The notes beneath the pieces were generated by a model. The model was not told the origin of the DNA, ran no database searches, and saw only the letters and a program-made list of their open reading frames with translations. A DNA stretch of 64,000 nt from Phoronis australis (Eukaryota; Animalia; Phoronida), in the NCBI GenBank assembly GCA_002633005.1, contig NMRA01000245.1, forward strand, positions 62,001-126,000, given 5' to 3'. The stretch's first letter is position 1; each line of letters starts with the position of its first letter. Below, in pieces: positions 1 through 11,971 of the stretch. Position numbers and translations under genes: made by a program.

Positions 1-905
1 ACAGTCGATTACCCAACCTTGAACCCGCATCATCCTCGTGTCGTCAATCGTCTTTTCCAAACGCCACTTACCTTCAGACTACGATGATTATGTGAAGGGA
101 ACGTCACTGAAAATGTGTCGCTTAATGTGTTTACATCCAATGGAAAATGAATTCATATTTACATCCATGTGTCGCAATTCTAAAAGTGTATTTCTGAATC
201 GTCTGAAATGACATATTGAGGCGTCATTAATTTATGCCGTTGAAACCATCATTTGTATTGTTTTGTGTGGTCAGGGGACATGTCGAGGTCAGGGTAGTGA
301 CCCTGATGAAAAGTTTTGTGTATAGACAACTGATAAAGTTGAAATCATACTTGAGGTTAGAAACATAGTAATGTCTTCTTACATCCCCTAATAGTTCTTT
401 ATTTGATTTTTAATTGCAGATGCAGTCAGTTTTGCTTGGTCAATCATATCCACACCTCTGGGTTTTCCAGTGTTCTACACAACCTGTTTTGACTCGTCAC
501 GTGTTGAGTTTGAATTTTGGTGTGACAAGTTTGTCTTATTGCGTTGAGGTTTAAAACGTACACGAGTTTGAAGTATTGGGAGATTAGTCATTTCTTAAGC
601 AAATTAGAACATTTTTGAATTTTTGGTTCCAAGACTTAACACACAAACTCCCCACAGTATGGACATAGACTTTTGAACACGTACATAAATTTTGCAATTC
701 CATTCGAGTTTGAATTTTCTGTTGTGGAGAACTCTGGTTTCACCTCTGAATGTGGCCAAATTTTGAACATGTCTGGTTAATCGTACTTGGAGATTAAATC
801 CTGCAGCATTTTTAGTTCATTTACTCTGTGTAACATAATTGACATGCCCTGTGACTTTCCTATTGATCAATGCAACTAATAATTATGATGTATTATGTTA
901 TACAG

Positions 906-1060
906 GTTAGGTTTAGACTTTGGTCTGATGACATGGGCCTTTGGTAACCCCTCTTTTGTTATGATGCTGTGGGTCGTCATGACAATGAGCTCGCTTGTCC
1001 TCGTCTACATCCTGTTCACATTTTGGGCCCAGTACAGGCGCATTGGCTGTCAATCACCGA
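906..1060 (+). CDS. SOAT1: Sterol O-acyltransferase (SOAT1/ACAT), internal coding exon (first in window)
   Basis: tacag|G acceptor, A|gtgagt donor; encodes RLGLDFGLMTWAFGNPSFVMMLWVVM..., resembling the SOAT1 segment GRLVLEFSLLSYAFG. Confidence 0.88.
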
Positions 1061-1139
1061 GTGAGTTGCTTGTTGGTCTACATAACTGTTCCAGCAAATC
1101 TAAATTCAAACGAGAAATAGCGAGTGCTTCCAACTTACT

Positions 1140-1390
1140 GTGTGCAAAACGGACACCTTCGGATATTCTTTATTCCCACACAGCCTGTTCCCACGTACAT
1201 TACTAGACTGGAATCATCTGCCTGAGGAATTAGTGACAGCTCAATCTTCCGAGAGCCTTTTCATCAGGCCTCAAATCGCTGCTGTTCTGATTACTTTACT
1301 CACTCCCTGTTGCCACTATGCCAGTATTGGTTACTGCAACGTAGTGGACAGATTCAGAGCTCTTTTAGTTGTTCAAGAAAACTAGATCTG
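1140..1390 (+). mobile_element. 3' fragment of a CR1/L2-like non-LTR retrotransposon in a SOAT1 intron
   Basis: Translates as ...SLFPRTLLDWNHLPEELVTAQSSESLF, resembling the SFFPRTIxxWNxLP C-terminus of CR1/L2-clade ORF2; boundaries approximate. Confidence 0.7.
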
Positions 1391-1876
1391 TGTCAATGAA
1401 TGGTTGAAAATGTTAATTACCAAGTTTGGTCTAAACAAATTTATTTAAAACTGGTGTAGTCTATTTTTAACCAAAAAAATTGTGTCAATGTGTATTACTT
1501 TAGAAATACGTATCTGTCTGTTTCTAATGTCAGTGGCTTTTGTAGTAAGCAGTACTTCTGAATGATGTCAGGTGAAAAGAAAATGCACAAAAAGTATCTG
1601 CCTCCAAGTTCTTAGTCATATCTGTAAGCGTTTTCAATTTACATTGAAAAATATTTGTGAAACAAGGGCCCCTGGTTACGTGTCTGTATTGCTATCTGTC
1701 TAGGGAGGTACTTCAACATAGCAAAGGTTGTCCTCACAAGTGATGGGAGTTTTAGGTGTGAAAGTGGGGGATTGCCATCACCAGAGGGCAGTAGTAGTTG
1801 TCAGTCCTATGTGTCCACCTACCATTGGTTGATGGAAATCTCTTGCATTAACTTGTACTATATGTATCTTTGACAG

Positions 1877-2004
1877 GTCTGTTCGACTACGCCTGGCTGG
1901 TCGTCTATATCGTCTATCAGATACTATTTATGGTTCTTCCCCTACAAGCCGTGTTCCACTACCAGCTCCCCCCTGTGTCCACTATGATCATCATATGTGA
2001 ACAG
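1877..2004 (+). CDS. SOAT1: SOAT1 coding exon
   Basis: tgacag|GT ... GAACAG|gtatga; LFDYAWLVVYIVYQILFMVLPLQAVFHYQLPPVSTMIIICEQ (LPP..S..I..EQ motif); phase matches neighbours. Confidence 0.9.
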
Positions 2005-2953
2005 GTATGATGTAGTTACTGTGATCCTTAGGGTCTTTAACAGATAAAACTAGGGCCCCGCTTACATGGGCTTATTGTTTGTAAAATCTATGAAGTCCTA
2101 CAAATTTTCACTTGTGTGTACTTATTTATTTATTTATTTATTATTGTGATATTTAAAATGAGGGTGGCCTCTTCAGTGATAGCACTGCTTTCCAAGAGGG
2201 CCCTTATTTAGGGAACTTTTCCTCAGATTAAATATCCCCACTGCTGCTATTTTTGAGCTCCAATATTCAGAGATCCTTCACTTATTATTCTGTTGGAAAA
2301 GGGTGGACAGAGAATTTTGGTACTGTGAAGTGTGTTTAAGTAATATTATTGAAACTGGACTTCACTTTCTGTGCTAGTGTCCTGTTTTTAAACATTTACC
2401 AAGCAATAATCTTCCAGATTTTCTTTTAGAATAAAGCGGTAACGAGAAGATGTTTGATGCTGTGTGTGTAAACCGTGTAGTTGTCAAATAGCCAAATATT
2501 TATTTGTAGCGAGTAAATTTAGACTAAAGAAACTCTCAGAAGCTCCGAATGTTGACTATTATTTTCAAAGTTCTGTCCATTGTTTTAGCGAGTTTTTTGT
2601 GATATTTTGTATTTATTTTTCAAAGGCCGGTGGCCCAGAAATAAAGGCATTATACACAGATTTACGAGTTAAACATTTCTGTGGACCTGCTTGCTCAGAC
2701 ATGCGATTTACGATTTATAAGGATAGAAATATGGAATTATTGTTGTCCATCAGTGGCCTTAATAAGGTGGAAGAAACTGTCTATAAATCACTGAAATGTC
2801 AACATTAACTATTTTGTGTTCTGTTGTTGGTAATATGGTATAGGATTTTCATGTGATATGAAAAGTGAGACTCACCCCTGAGTCATGTTTTTTGATTGAA
2901 ATGGACTTTTCTCTTCTGCTCTTTTATGTCTATTCTATTCTTCATACTTCCAG

Positions 2954-3029
2954 GTGCGGTATCTTATGAAGTCACATGCGTTTGTCCGAGAAAACATACC
3001 TCGTGTGATGTCATACAAGGTGAAAACAG
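2954..3029 (+). CDS. SOAT1: SOAT1 coding exon
   Basis: ttccag|GTG ... ACAG|gtgaga; VRYLMKSHAFVRENIPRV, the conserved MKxHxFxREN motif of ACAT/DGAT1. Confidence 0.93.
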
Positions 3030-3579
3030 GTGAGATAAAGGTGGCGGCCTCATCATAGGAAGTGTGCATTGTAATTATCAGTTTTGCTATTTCTCGTGAA
3101 ATTTTTGCTAATAATATTGTGCACACTGCTACCAGCAACATTTGTATAGTATTAATAAGTAATCCTAACTTCATTTGTTCTTCACAATAGAGTCCCTAAC
3201 ACAGATAACACTTAATTTCTAAATACTGTTGGCCATAGCCTTTACACAGGGCATGTGCACTAAACAAAATAGTGCAGGTGGTCTGATACCTTTTGCAGTG
3301 CATCAGAGGTGCGCAGACCTCATGATGGGCCCGTTGCACAAAACACTTGAGCTAAAACTCACGCGAGTCCTGTTATCGATCGACAGGATCTTCAGGAAGG
3401 AAGATTTTAAGTCCGCCTGTGTCTCCTTCAAGAAAACTGACAGATTTTTCCCGTTGTTACCGTACTCTATATGCTTCAGGCAATGTAAGGATGTCGTCCT
3501 GGAGCTCATTCCTTTTCCTGTAAAGTGCATGTGCACTAACGTTAAGTATGTCTTGTTCATTTTATCTTCTATTGTTCAG

Positions 3580-3673
3580 AGGAAGAGACTGAGACTGAGA
3601 TGTGTCCTGACTTCTCGCGTTACCTCTACTTCCTGTTTGTACCAGCCCTTGTCTACAGAGACACCTATCCACA
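3580..3673 (+). CDS. SOAT1: SOAT1 coding exon
   Basis: ttcag|AG ... CCACA|gtaagt; CPDFSRYLYFLFVPALVYRDTYP, variant of the YLYFLFAPTLIYRDSYP motif. Confidence 0.93.
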
Positions 3674-3803
3674 GTAAGTGTAACAGTCTTTCTGCTTCCT
3701 TCTGTTACACAAACAGATGTGTACATGTGGTCAAATATTGTCATCATGTGCGTCCAAATTATTCCGTACTTTATCGTTAAGCGCTTCATTGTCTCTGTTA
3801 CAG

Positions 3804-4000
3804 GTCACCATCCATCCGATGGAGTTACGTTGTGAAGAACTTCATGAATGTGATTGGCTGTGTGTTCTATATGTACTTTATTATTGAACGGTTCGTCGTT
3901 CCCGTCTTCCATAACTTCAACTCGGAACACGTGACCCCCAAAGAGTTCCTCAAGTCTGTGTTTGGCTGCATGATGCCAGGCACGCTCTGTCTGCTGATTG
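3804..4000 (+). CDS. SOAT1: SOAT1 coding exon
   Basis: ttacag|G ... ATTG|gtgagt; SPSIRWSYVVKNFMNVIGCVFYMYFIIERFVVPVF...MMPGTLCLLI. Confidence 0.92.
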
Positions 4001-4658
4001 GTGAGTTGGAGGGTATGATTTAAGGCTCGCACTTAGCTGCGTTTTACTCTGGTTTATCCTGAGACTGGAAGACATTGGTGTGAGATTGTTTATGAATATG
4101 TGGAATTGTTGAACTTCTCGGAAGCTGGGTCGGTTGTAGTTGGATTTGTGCAGATTGTTTAGTCCTTAGACAAATAACTTGATTAAGGTTAGCTCGTGAC
4201 TTCGTGTTAGAGATTCACATCTTCATTGAATGTCAGAAACTTGCGCACAAAAAACTTAGCGTCTGTGTAGTGCTTCAGTAATCGACCTATCATCAGGATT
4301 TTGAGTGATGGCTTAACTGACCAATCAGAACGGTGCATGCTTGACACACCTTTGTTACCAAGCTGCCATTTTACCCGGGTAAAACTTATTGTTTGTTTGT
4401 CGACATTTTCCAAGGGGGCGGAGCTTGCGATAGGTCAATTTACAATATGTTAACTTCTATGTTTGACAAGTGGTAACACGTTTAAAATGTTTAGTTTCTG
4501 GAAAATGCTTGTCAGATGAAAAAAATCGATTTTGACCATCAGTTGAAAATGGACGATGGGCTTTTGAAGATGTTTGCAGTCCATTTATTGTTTAGTTTAT
4601 TGGCCTGTTGATTGCAAGCAGTTTGGCCATCGGTAATCTCATGTTAGCGTTAAAAAAG

Positions 4659-5110
4659 TAATTGCACGTGGTCTAGCACACGTGGTAGCAGATGTGCGCA
4701 GGTCTGGCACACGTGGTAGCAGATGTGCGCAGATCTGGCACACGTGGTAGCAGACGTGCACAAGTCTGGCCCAGGTGTTAGCAGACGTGTGCAGGTCTGG
4801 CGCACATGGTAGCAGACGTGCGCAGGTCTGGCACACGTGGTAGCAGACGTGCGCAGGTCTGGCACACGTGGTAGCAGATGTGCGCAGGTCTGGCACACGT
4901 GGTAGCAGACGTGCGCAGGTCGCTCACGTTGGTCTCGTTGCACTAATCCGCCAAAAATATTTTTATGCTTTATTAATATGTAGTTAAAACCGAGCAGAGG
5001 AACTAATGACTTGACTCAAGGGTGTAGTAGTGTGCCCCAGTGGGACTCGAACCCATGACCTTGAGTAAAGGAAGCGGACACTGATCTTACCTATTCACAC
5101 TGCCTCCCCT
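4659..5110 (-). mobile_element. tRNA-derived SINE (copy 1) with an internal minisatellite
   Basis: Minus strand has B-box GGTTCGAGTCCC (about 5042-5053) near the 5' end; the body (ttttatgctttattaa..tagt.aaaaccga) is shared with the copy at 50173-50407. Confidence 0.72.
4668..4920. repeat. Minisatellite, about 31-bp unit GTGGTAGCAGAYGTGCGCAGGTCTGGCACAC, about 8 copies
   Basis: Directly visible tandem array. Confidence 0.92.
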
Positions 5111-5258
5111 CTTTGTTGGGTATCTCTAATTTTATGTTGATGTTCCTTTGTTGGGTATCTGTAATTTTATGTTGATGTTCCTTTGTTGGGTATCTGTAAT
5201 GTTATGTTGATGTTCCTTTGTTGGTTATCAGTAATTTTATGTTGATGTTCCTTTGTAG
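5111..5258. repeat. 35-bp tandem repeat, 4 copies plus a partial copy ending in the splice acceptor
   Basis: CTTTGTTGGGTATCTGTAATTTTATGTTGATGTTC at 5111, 5146, 5181 and 5216, then CTTTGTAG|exon. Confidence 0.92.
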
Positions 5259-5335
5259 GTTTCTTTGCTGTCCTTCATTCCTGGATGAATGCGTTTGCAG
5301 AGATGTTACAGTTTGGAGATCGCATGTTTTACAGG
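5259..5335 (+). CDS. SOAT1: SOAT1 coding exon
   Basis: ttgtag|GT ... TACAGG|gtaaca; [25 protein letters not shown], a hallmark ACAT motif. Confidence 0.95.
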
Positions 5336-6273
5336 GTAACACAGCAGTTTATTGTATGTAGTTTGTAAGAATGTTGTAATTGAGGAAACCACAGACGCTT
5401 GTGAGCTCAATATGGTGAAATACTTTACAAAACTAACTTTCCAAGGGTGTCCTAGTAATGTCGTTTTTTTCTGAAACAGTGTTTTGCTTTTCCACTTTAT
5501 CCTTTGGTTTTCATAATAAGCAACTTTTTGAGTTTTTTCTTAAATATCCTAAAAGTCCTATTGTCACTGCACAAGGCAGAACAGGGGATGAAAATACTCA
5601 ACAATCTTGCTAGATGTCTGTTTACTGCACGTCATGATGTGTAGACAGCTTGTAGGTATTCTACAAAGAATCAAAATAACGAGACTAAGACTAAAGTAAA
5701 CTAAGCATAAAGACAAAACATACAAAAAGGCTTTTACAACAAAGACTATTACTGAATACACAAGCCTAATACAATGCAATGTACTGTAGATGAAACAACA
5801 ACAAAACATATTAGATTATCAAATAAAGCAGAAAAACTTACATCAATTGTCCCCATAACTTGAACTTGGAACCTTGCATACCAATGACCATAACGTGCTC
5901 ACACTGAGAAAACAAGGTCTACCCTGAATGGACTGCATGAGTAGACCATGGGACAGTCTGTAAACAGGGCACACAGAAAGCAGTAGAACAGACAATACAG
6001 GGTGAACACAAAACCATCATCTGCAGCAATCCCTCAGTCATGCAAACCTGGAACATTTCAAAATCAATTCCTAACAGGGTTTTAGGGAACAGCGGATAAA
6101 GCACATTTTGTGCATCGTTTCGTATGAATCTGAAAAGCCATTTCTAAGATACAACATTCAGAAGTTAGCTAAATTCAAACATTTCTTCTAAGATCCTACA
6201 TATTCTTCAGACATTTTAAAAAACCTGTACCCTGTCTTGATTCATGTTTTGAAATCTAGTTTGCTTGTTCCAG

Positions 6274-6372
6274 GATTGGTGGAACTCTACTTCTTTCTCT
6301 AACTACTACAGGACGTGGAACGTTGTTGTGCATGACTGGCTCTACACCTACGTCTACAAGGACACATGTCGA
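6274..6372 (+). CDS. SOAT1: SOAT1 coding exon
   Basis: ttccag|GAT; [30 protein letters not shown] (FYxDWWN motif). The donor gtacta is weak, so the 3' end is less certain. Confidence 0.92.
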
Positions 6373-6429
6373 GTACTACTTCACTTCATTTAGTCCTGCT
6401 TCCAATTGTCAATGAATTGAAAAGAGGGT

Positions 6430-7640
6430 GCTCTCTTGCTTATTATGCGCCCGTATATACTTATCTGGGCGTATGTTGTTGTCGTGTCTGGCTGTGCATC
6501 TGGTGCCGGCTGCTTTATCTTTTTAACCCCTTGCAGAATCTTAATGAGTTTTGGCAGATGTGTTTCCCGACAACGGATGACAAGTTCCAGACCAGCCCGA
6601 CTACCGCAACGCCCCCTAGTAGCAATTTACTTTATTACAATTGCCTCTGTAGTTTTGGAGCTCTTAGATGAATTTTCATGGAATTGGCAAATTTATTTCT
6701 ATTCAGGAGACGACGGTGCCTTGTGGACAAACTCGATGAATTCTGTGTCACCTAATGGGCATTTTTTTGGTCACCTCTCTATCTGCCAAACCGTGTGTTT
6801 GTGTAATGTGTGTGTATGCGTGCGTGTACGTGTGTTTGTGTGTGTGTTTGTGTGTGTGTTTGTGTTTGTGTGTGTGTTTGTGTGTGTGTGTGTTTGTGTG
6901 TGTGTGAAGGATCAATATGAGAATTGACAGTTGTTTCTGCTGACATTGATTTTTCGGTGGTTCTGACTACTGTAGCAATTTTGTTTGTTTTTGCGTCCAC
7001 AATTGTACGTCTTTCATTCCTTGCTGAATCTTTTCTTGTTTTCCTATGAATATGATAAGAGGTGATGATGACTTTTGGATGTATCTGACTACCAATATGT
7101 AGGTAATCTTATTGTTTTACGTTTGCCTCTGTATCTTCAGAGTTCCTTGGCTGATTTTCATGAAATTTCGCAGATAGGTGTCTACTATGAAGACCATAAT
7201 GCCTTTCCATTTTCAGATGGCTTTGACATATTTTTCACCACTTTGTGCCTACTTTTATCTTTAGTCTTGTTGTTTTGGTCCGCCTCTCACTCACCCTCTC
7301 CCTCTCTCTGTTTGTCCACTTAACCATTCAAATGATCATTATGAAAATTGGCAGACACCTGCCGACACCAGCGACATTGATTTTGGGATGAGTCAGACTG
7401 CTGTGGTGCCCCTTAGTGACATTTTTTATCTGCGCCTATGTCTCCCTAACCCCTTGCAGGATCTCTGTGAAATTTGGCGAGTGTGTTCCTGTGACTTTTT
7501 CTTTATGTATGGACTGCCAACTTCACATTTTCAAATGGTTTTGACATATCTCGCACCATCTAGTGGCCATTTTCATGATTCAAACAAATGATAATGAGAT
7601 GCGATGCAGTCGTTGGCACATTTCAGTGCACTCTTGTTTG
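6430..7640 (-). mobile_element. Degenerate Helentron/HINE-like element related to the array at 25.8-27.4 kb
   Basis: Reverse-complement motifs gccccctagtagcaattt, ccccttgcaggatctctgtgaaattt and catctagtggcc match the repeat unit at 26.3-27.2 kb; boundaries approximate. Confidence 0.5.
6793..6906. repeat. Imperfect (TG)n/(TGTT)n microsatellite
   Basis: Directly visible. Confidence 0.95.
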
Positions 7641-7707
7641 TCATTTCTCTTGGTTTAAAGATGGACGACATTCCTCTCTGATCTAGTGTACTTTAGTAAG
7701 GTCAGTA

Positions 7708-7800
7708 TCTGGTGAGAAAGATAGCGTCTTTGGTGAGAAAGCTACTTTTTTGGTGAGAAATGTAAGTGTCTTTGGTGAGCAAGCTAGTGTCTGGTGAGAT
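7708..7800. repeat. Degenerate tandem repeat of about 21 bp with TGGTGAGA core, about 5 copies
   Basis: tggtgaga(a/g) recurs at roughly 21-nt spacing. Confidence 0.65.
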
Positions 7801-8438
7801 CACACTAGCGGCCACCAGATATTACCATGTAAGTGGAACATGGCATGGATGTAAGTGGAACAAGGCATGGCATTATCCTTCCCTTGGGAATGACTAGCGT
7901 TGCTGATCACACTTGTGAGTTACTTAGTTTAGAAATCGCATTTATCAAAATTTACGTCTCTTAAGGGTGAGAGGTGTGCCAATTACTTTCCATTTTAAAA
8001 TGACAAAAATAAAGTGGGGAATGAATTGGGAAGATGCTTATTTCAAAACTGGTCAAACAACATGAAATGGAAGACGTTAGATCTCTTGCTTATCTTCCTC
8101 TATTAGTTGAAAACTCTTGGCATACTAATTCACAATAAAGCTGAGCGGCCCTTATCGAACACAAATGACGACTTGTACACTAGAGTTGTGCTGAAAAAAT
8201 AATTGAACTGGTTTTTTTGTTAATGCACAGTGTATCTCGCATGTCAGATTTATGCTTAACTCGTACAAAAGTTCAGCATTACAGTTGTTGTTGTTCATAC
8301 ACTTGGACCTTCAGACAAACCCGATTTTACATTTCTCGGATAAACTCTCTCAGTCCTGTTGCATCCGACTAATGTGAGTTTTACTGCAATTTCGTGCCCT
8401 TTGACCTCGTGTTACCATAGTTTCTTGATTCCCTTTAG

Positions 8439-8574
8439 CTGCTGAAGGTCAAGAACCGTGGTGTGGCCATGCTGTTGGTGTTCCTGTTGTCAGCAGTCTT
8501 CCATGAGTACATCCTTTGTGCCTCCATGGGTTTCTTCTACCCCGTTCTCTTGGTTATGTTCGTTGGCGCTGGCT
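8439..8574 (+). CDS. SOAT1: SOAT1 coding exon containing the catalytic His
   Basis: ctttag|CTG ... GGCT|gtaagt; [32 protein letters not shown] (MBOAT SAxxHEY motif). Confidence 0.95.
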
Positions 8575-8934
8575 GTAAGTACATCACTATAACGGAGCTG
8601 TTCTCACACTATCCAGAAATGAGGTTCTGTTAAGAATAAGAGTTAAGAATGATGTACAGTTGCTTAAGTAGAACTTTGCTTGTATTAGATTTAAATGGAA
8701 AGTGAATGGCATTTCATATGTTCAGTCTAATGATTGAAGTTATGAATTGTTCTGAAATTATGGTCTGCCAGGCTTCTATTGATCATTGAGAACAGTAAAT
8801 GTGATACTTCAGTTGTTTTCAAATCTCACTGAGATCTCGAACTGGTAGAAATGTCAAGATTTGAAGGCAAAAAAATTGAAATTCGAAGCTCCAAAGTGTT
8901 TAACTGCAACATGTAAATTTGTGCACTTCTGATG

Positions 8935-9192
8935 TTATTGTTTAATGCAACAACATTATTATATCCATCTTGCCATGGTATTGTTTAATGCAACAGCATT
9001 GTTGTATCCATCTTGCCATGGTATTGTTTAATACAACAACATTATTGTATCCATCTTGCCATGGTATTGTTTAATACATCAACATTATTGTGTCCATCTT
9101 GCCATGGTATTGTTTAATACAACAACATTATTGTGTCCATCTTGCCATGGTATTGTTTAATACAACAACATTATTGTATCCATCTTGCCATG
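8935..9192. repeat. 43-bp minisatellite, about 6 copies
   Basis: GTATTGTTTAATACAACAACATTATTGTATCCATCTTGCCATG in tandem, ending about 30 nt before an exon. Confidence 0.93.
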
Positions 9193-9224
9193 CGATCACT
9201 CATCCACATTCGCATTTTTTTCAG

Positions 9225-9367
9225 TCGGGTTTATCTTTCTCACCAAGAAAGGCGTGTCACGAAGTTGGAATGTGTTCATGTGGGTCGCGTTGTTCATTGG
9301 TAATGGCTTGCTAATGTGTCTCTATAGTATGGAGTGGTACGCACGGAGAAACTGTAAATATACCACG
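9225..9367 (+). CDS. SOAT1: SOAT1 coding exon
   Basis: tttcag|TC ... ACCACG|gtaaga; WNVFMWVALFIGNGLLMCLYSMEWYARRNC (EWYAR motif). Confidence 0.94.
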
Positions 9368-9551
9368 GTAAGACAGCTTATGTTCACTTGGCTGGCATTG
9401 CTAATTGGTACAGCTTTTTCATGTGTTGCTATGGTCAGGGAAAATGTACACCTGTAATTAAACGAGCAGTGTCCAACAGAGAGGTGTGTATAGACAGCGT
9501 CTCTGTCATTCAGCTGCTCTGGTAAGAAAACTGAAGTGACCAAATGTCCCA

Positions 9552-9742
9552 AGGCCTGTTCCAAGAAACTGACTTAAGTTCATTTTTGACTTAAGTCTAG
9601 TATTTATCTCAACTTCCAAACTTTGAAAGATTCACATCCGGTTAGTAAGTCGAACTTAAAACAAAACTTAAGTCAAACACTTAAATGTCAAATTTATGAT
9701 CCCTGTATATCTTAGCTAAGTCAGTTTTCTTGGAATGGGCCT
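9552..9742. mobile_element. MITE (non-autonomous DNA transposon) in the last SOAT1 intron
   Basis: Imperfect terminal inverted repeats aggcctgttccaagaaactgactta / taagtcagttttcttggaatgggcct; internal cttaag motifs. Confidence 0.7.
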
Positions 9743-9857
9743 CTGGCCTCAAGCATTCATTTTGTACAGCTGTGTTAAGTCCTCTCCATTCATTGTACCC
9801 CATCTTCAAACTGTGTCCACGAATTTCTTGATAATCAAACTTCCCGTTCTCTTTCAG

Positions 9858-9923
9858 GACTCGTTTTTAGACTACTTGATACCTCGTTCTTGGTTCTGCG
9901 TAGAACATTTCAGCATAATATAG
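9858..9923 (+). CDS. SOAT1: SOAT1 terminal coding exon
   Basis: tttcag|GAC; DSFLDYLIPRSWFCVEHFSII*, matching the ACAT C-terminal FLDYxxPRSW motif. Confidence 0.92.
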   Translation, partial: DSFLDYLIPRSWFCVEHFSII

Positions 9924-10243
9924 GAGAACAAAGAACCCAGAAATCAATGCAACACAAAAATGCTGACCTGCAGCACTTGGAAGTAACAGGCAGAGGATGT
10001 GCTGTCCTGGGATTAAAGGTCAAGTCACGTATTCTTGGGATCTGAATTTAAATTTCCGTTGTTCGAAGTTTGACAACATCTTATGCCTTGCACTTGCCTA
10101 CTACAGTCTAGTCAGGTTTTCCTACAGGAGATGCAACTAAACAATGCAAAGAAACGGAAATTCACGAGTCAAAAAGGTGCAAAATTTTTGTGTGTTGTAT
10201 TTAGTTATATTCTTTTGTTATTGGTTTCAAATGTTACCAAGAG

Positions 10244-10249
10244 AATAAA
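10244..10249 (+). terminator. Probable SOAT1 polyadenylation signal
   Basis: AATAAA about 320 nt after the stop codon, followed by a T/GT-rich tract. Confidence 0.5.
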
Positions 10250-11971
10250 AATAGAATGTTTAATTTCTTAGTGTACAGGCTGTTTTTCATCCAAAGAGTT
10301 GTTCGCACTAGTTCATGTGCAGTTTCATTCTTTTTTTCAAGTGAGCTTCCACCTCGGAGTGATGTCACGTTAGACAGTACATTCCAAACACCATGATATA
10401 TGGTTTCAAAACAAACTTAAGGTAGCTTCTCAAGCTGGTCTTGCTTTGGTTTTGGTTAGTTAAGAAACTTATTATTGAATTGTCACTCGATGTTTTTGGA
10501 GATCCAGCGAAACAATCGAGATTGCAATATTGTTTTGATTGGGTTTTTGCATTTTATAATTTTGAACTAAGCGTTTGTAAGCATTTCTTGGACAGATGAG
10601 CAAGCCTAATGCCATTTGCTTTGTGTTATAAAGTAGATTTGACAAGTGCCCCATTCTTCCTAATTGCAGGAATTCACACCATGGTTACATTAGTCGTGGC
10701 TAGTGACTTTTTAGGTAGTTTAACAGAAAGTTTTTTGGTGAATAACTCATCATAATTGACAGAGAGCATTGATTCTTTCACTGTTACTACTATTTTTGTT
10801 AGTTAACCATAAAATGGTTGTATTGTATATAATGCCAGCAAGTGTACTATAAGGAGAATTATGTAAAACAACTCCAGTTTCGCTCTACGGTTCTAACAAT
10901 TTTCTTCCTCTGATCAGTACCTGCTCAAAACAGTCAAAGAGGACCACGTTTCAGGAAAAATTTCTTTAATTCCGGAGTCTACAATTTGGGACACTGATAA
11001 TAGTCCAGCATAATTGAATTTTTTTTTATTTTGAAGATCGGGACATGGTTGATTTAGGCTCAGCTTGTCTTCTGAATAAGATGTAGACTTGATTTAGTCC
11101 TATATCTCCTATAAACAGTGGTCTCAAATGAAATTATTCCTTAAAAAAAATATTTCTGAGCTAGCGAAGAACTTGACATTACGATATCTGTAGCAACGAT
11201 CCTTGGCACATAAAATGACGTGCTGTGGTAAGTCAACTTCTAGAGGCAGATATCAAACAATAAACTACCAGTTCTGTGAAGTCCTGAAGTAGTCTATAAT
11301 TTTTCAAAGGAACAATTTGAGACAAATTTCATAACAGCAAGTGGTCTAAATCCAAAACTGGTTGTGATGCAAGGCAGGTTCATGGTTGCGTTAAGTGGTC
11401 AGGGCTTTGCTACAAAGCGCTGGACTTAGGCATCTGTGTAGTCTAAACGAAACCCAACATACAGAAGATGTAGGCCATCATTAGTCACAGGTCATTAACA
11501 CAAATGATTCCTAATATGGAAAGCGTTCATCAATGCCAGCTTGTAACTTAGATAGTACGGTTACCTAGATACTTGTGGAGTGAAACGGGAGCAAACGCAT
11601 GTTAAACACCAGGCACATTAGAATGCCTTTGAATTTTATCGGTGTCATCAGCAAACAAGCAAAGGCACCACTCAACTTCAGTCTGCAGACAGGTGAAGTA
11701 TATTGTAAATATAACGAAGTTTAGGCAGCTTAATCTTATTTTTAAAACTTGCATTTAATTTCCAGGTGCCACCACTGGTACGGATGTAAAGTAACCTTCC
11801 ACAAATTATAAAATGTGTCGCTATATTGAGAAAATAAAGCAATATTAATGGAATGCCAGTGGTTAATTACAATATGTTATGCATACTGTCCCTGGAGCTT
11901 GGGCAAGGATAACATCCAGGCCTAGCCAATAGTATCAAATAACTGCTAGACATTCAGGGTTGGTCAACTGG

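Noticed and set aside
3229-3780. 183-aa ORF on +
   Set aside because: Mostly intronic, overlaps a real SOAT1 exon in a different frame, and has no recognisable domain.
4639-4943. Repetitive Cys/His-rich ORFs (CYHVCQTC...)
   Set aside because: They are translations of the 31-bp minisatellite, not a zinc-finger or metallothionein gene.
5030-5110. tRNA-like sequence with a B-box
   Set aside because: No complete cloverleaf or CCA-end context could be built; it is the head of a SINE with a second copy at 50.2-50.4 kb.
6436-6927. 163-aa ORF ending in VCVCV repeats
   Set aside because: Runs through a degenerate repeat element and a TG microsatellite.
8935-9192. Regularly spaced repeats resembling a CRISPR array (also 5111-5258 and 14427-14535)
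   Set aside because: Head-to-tail units with no unique spacers, no cas genes, and a eukaryotic intron or UTR context.
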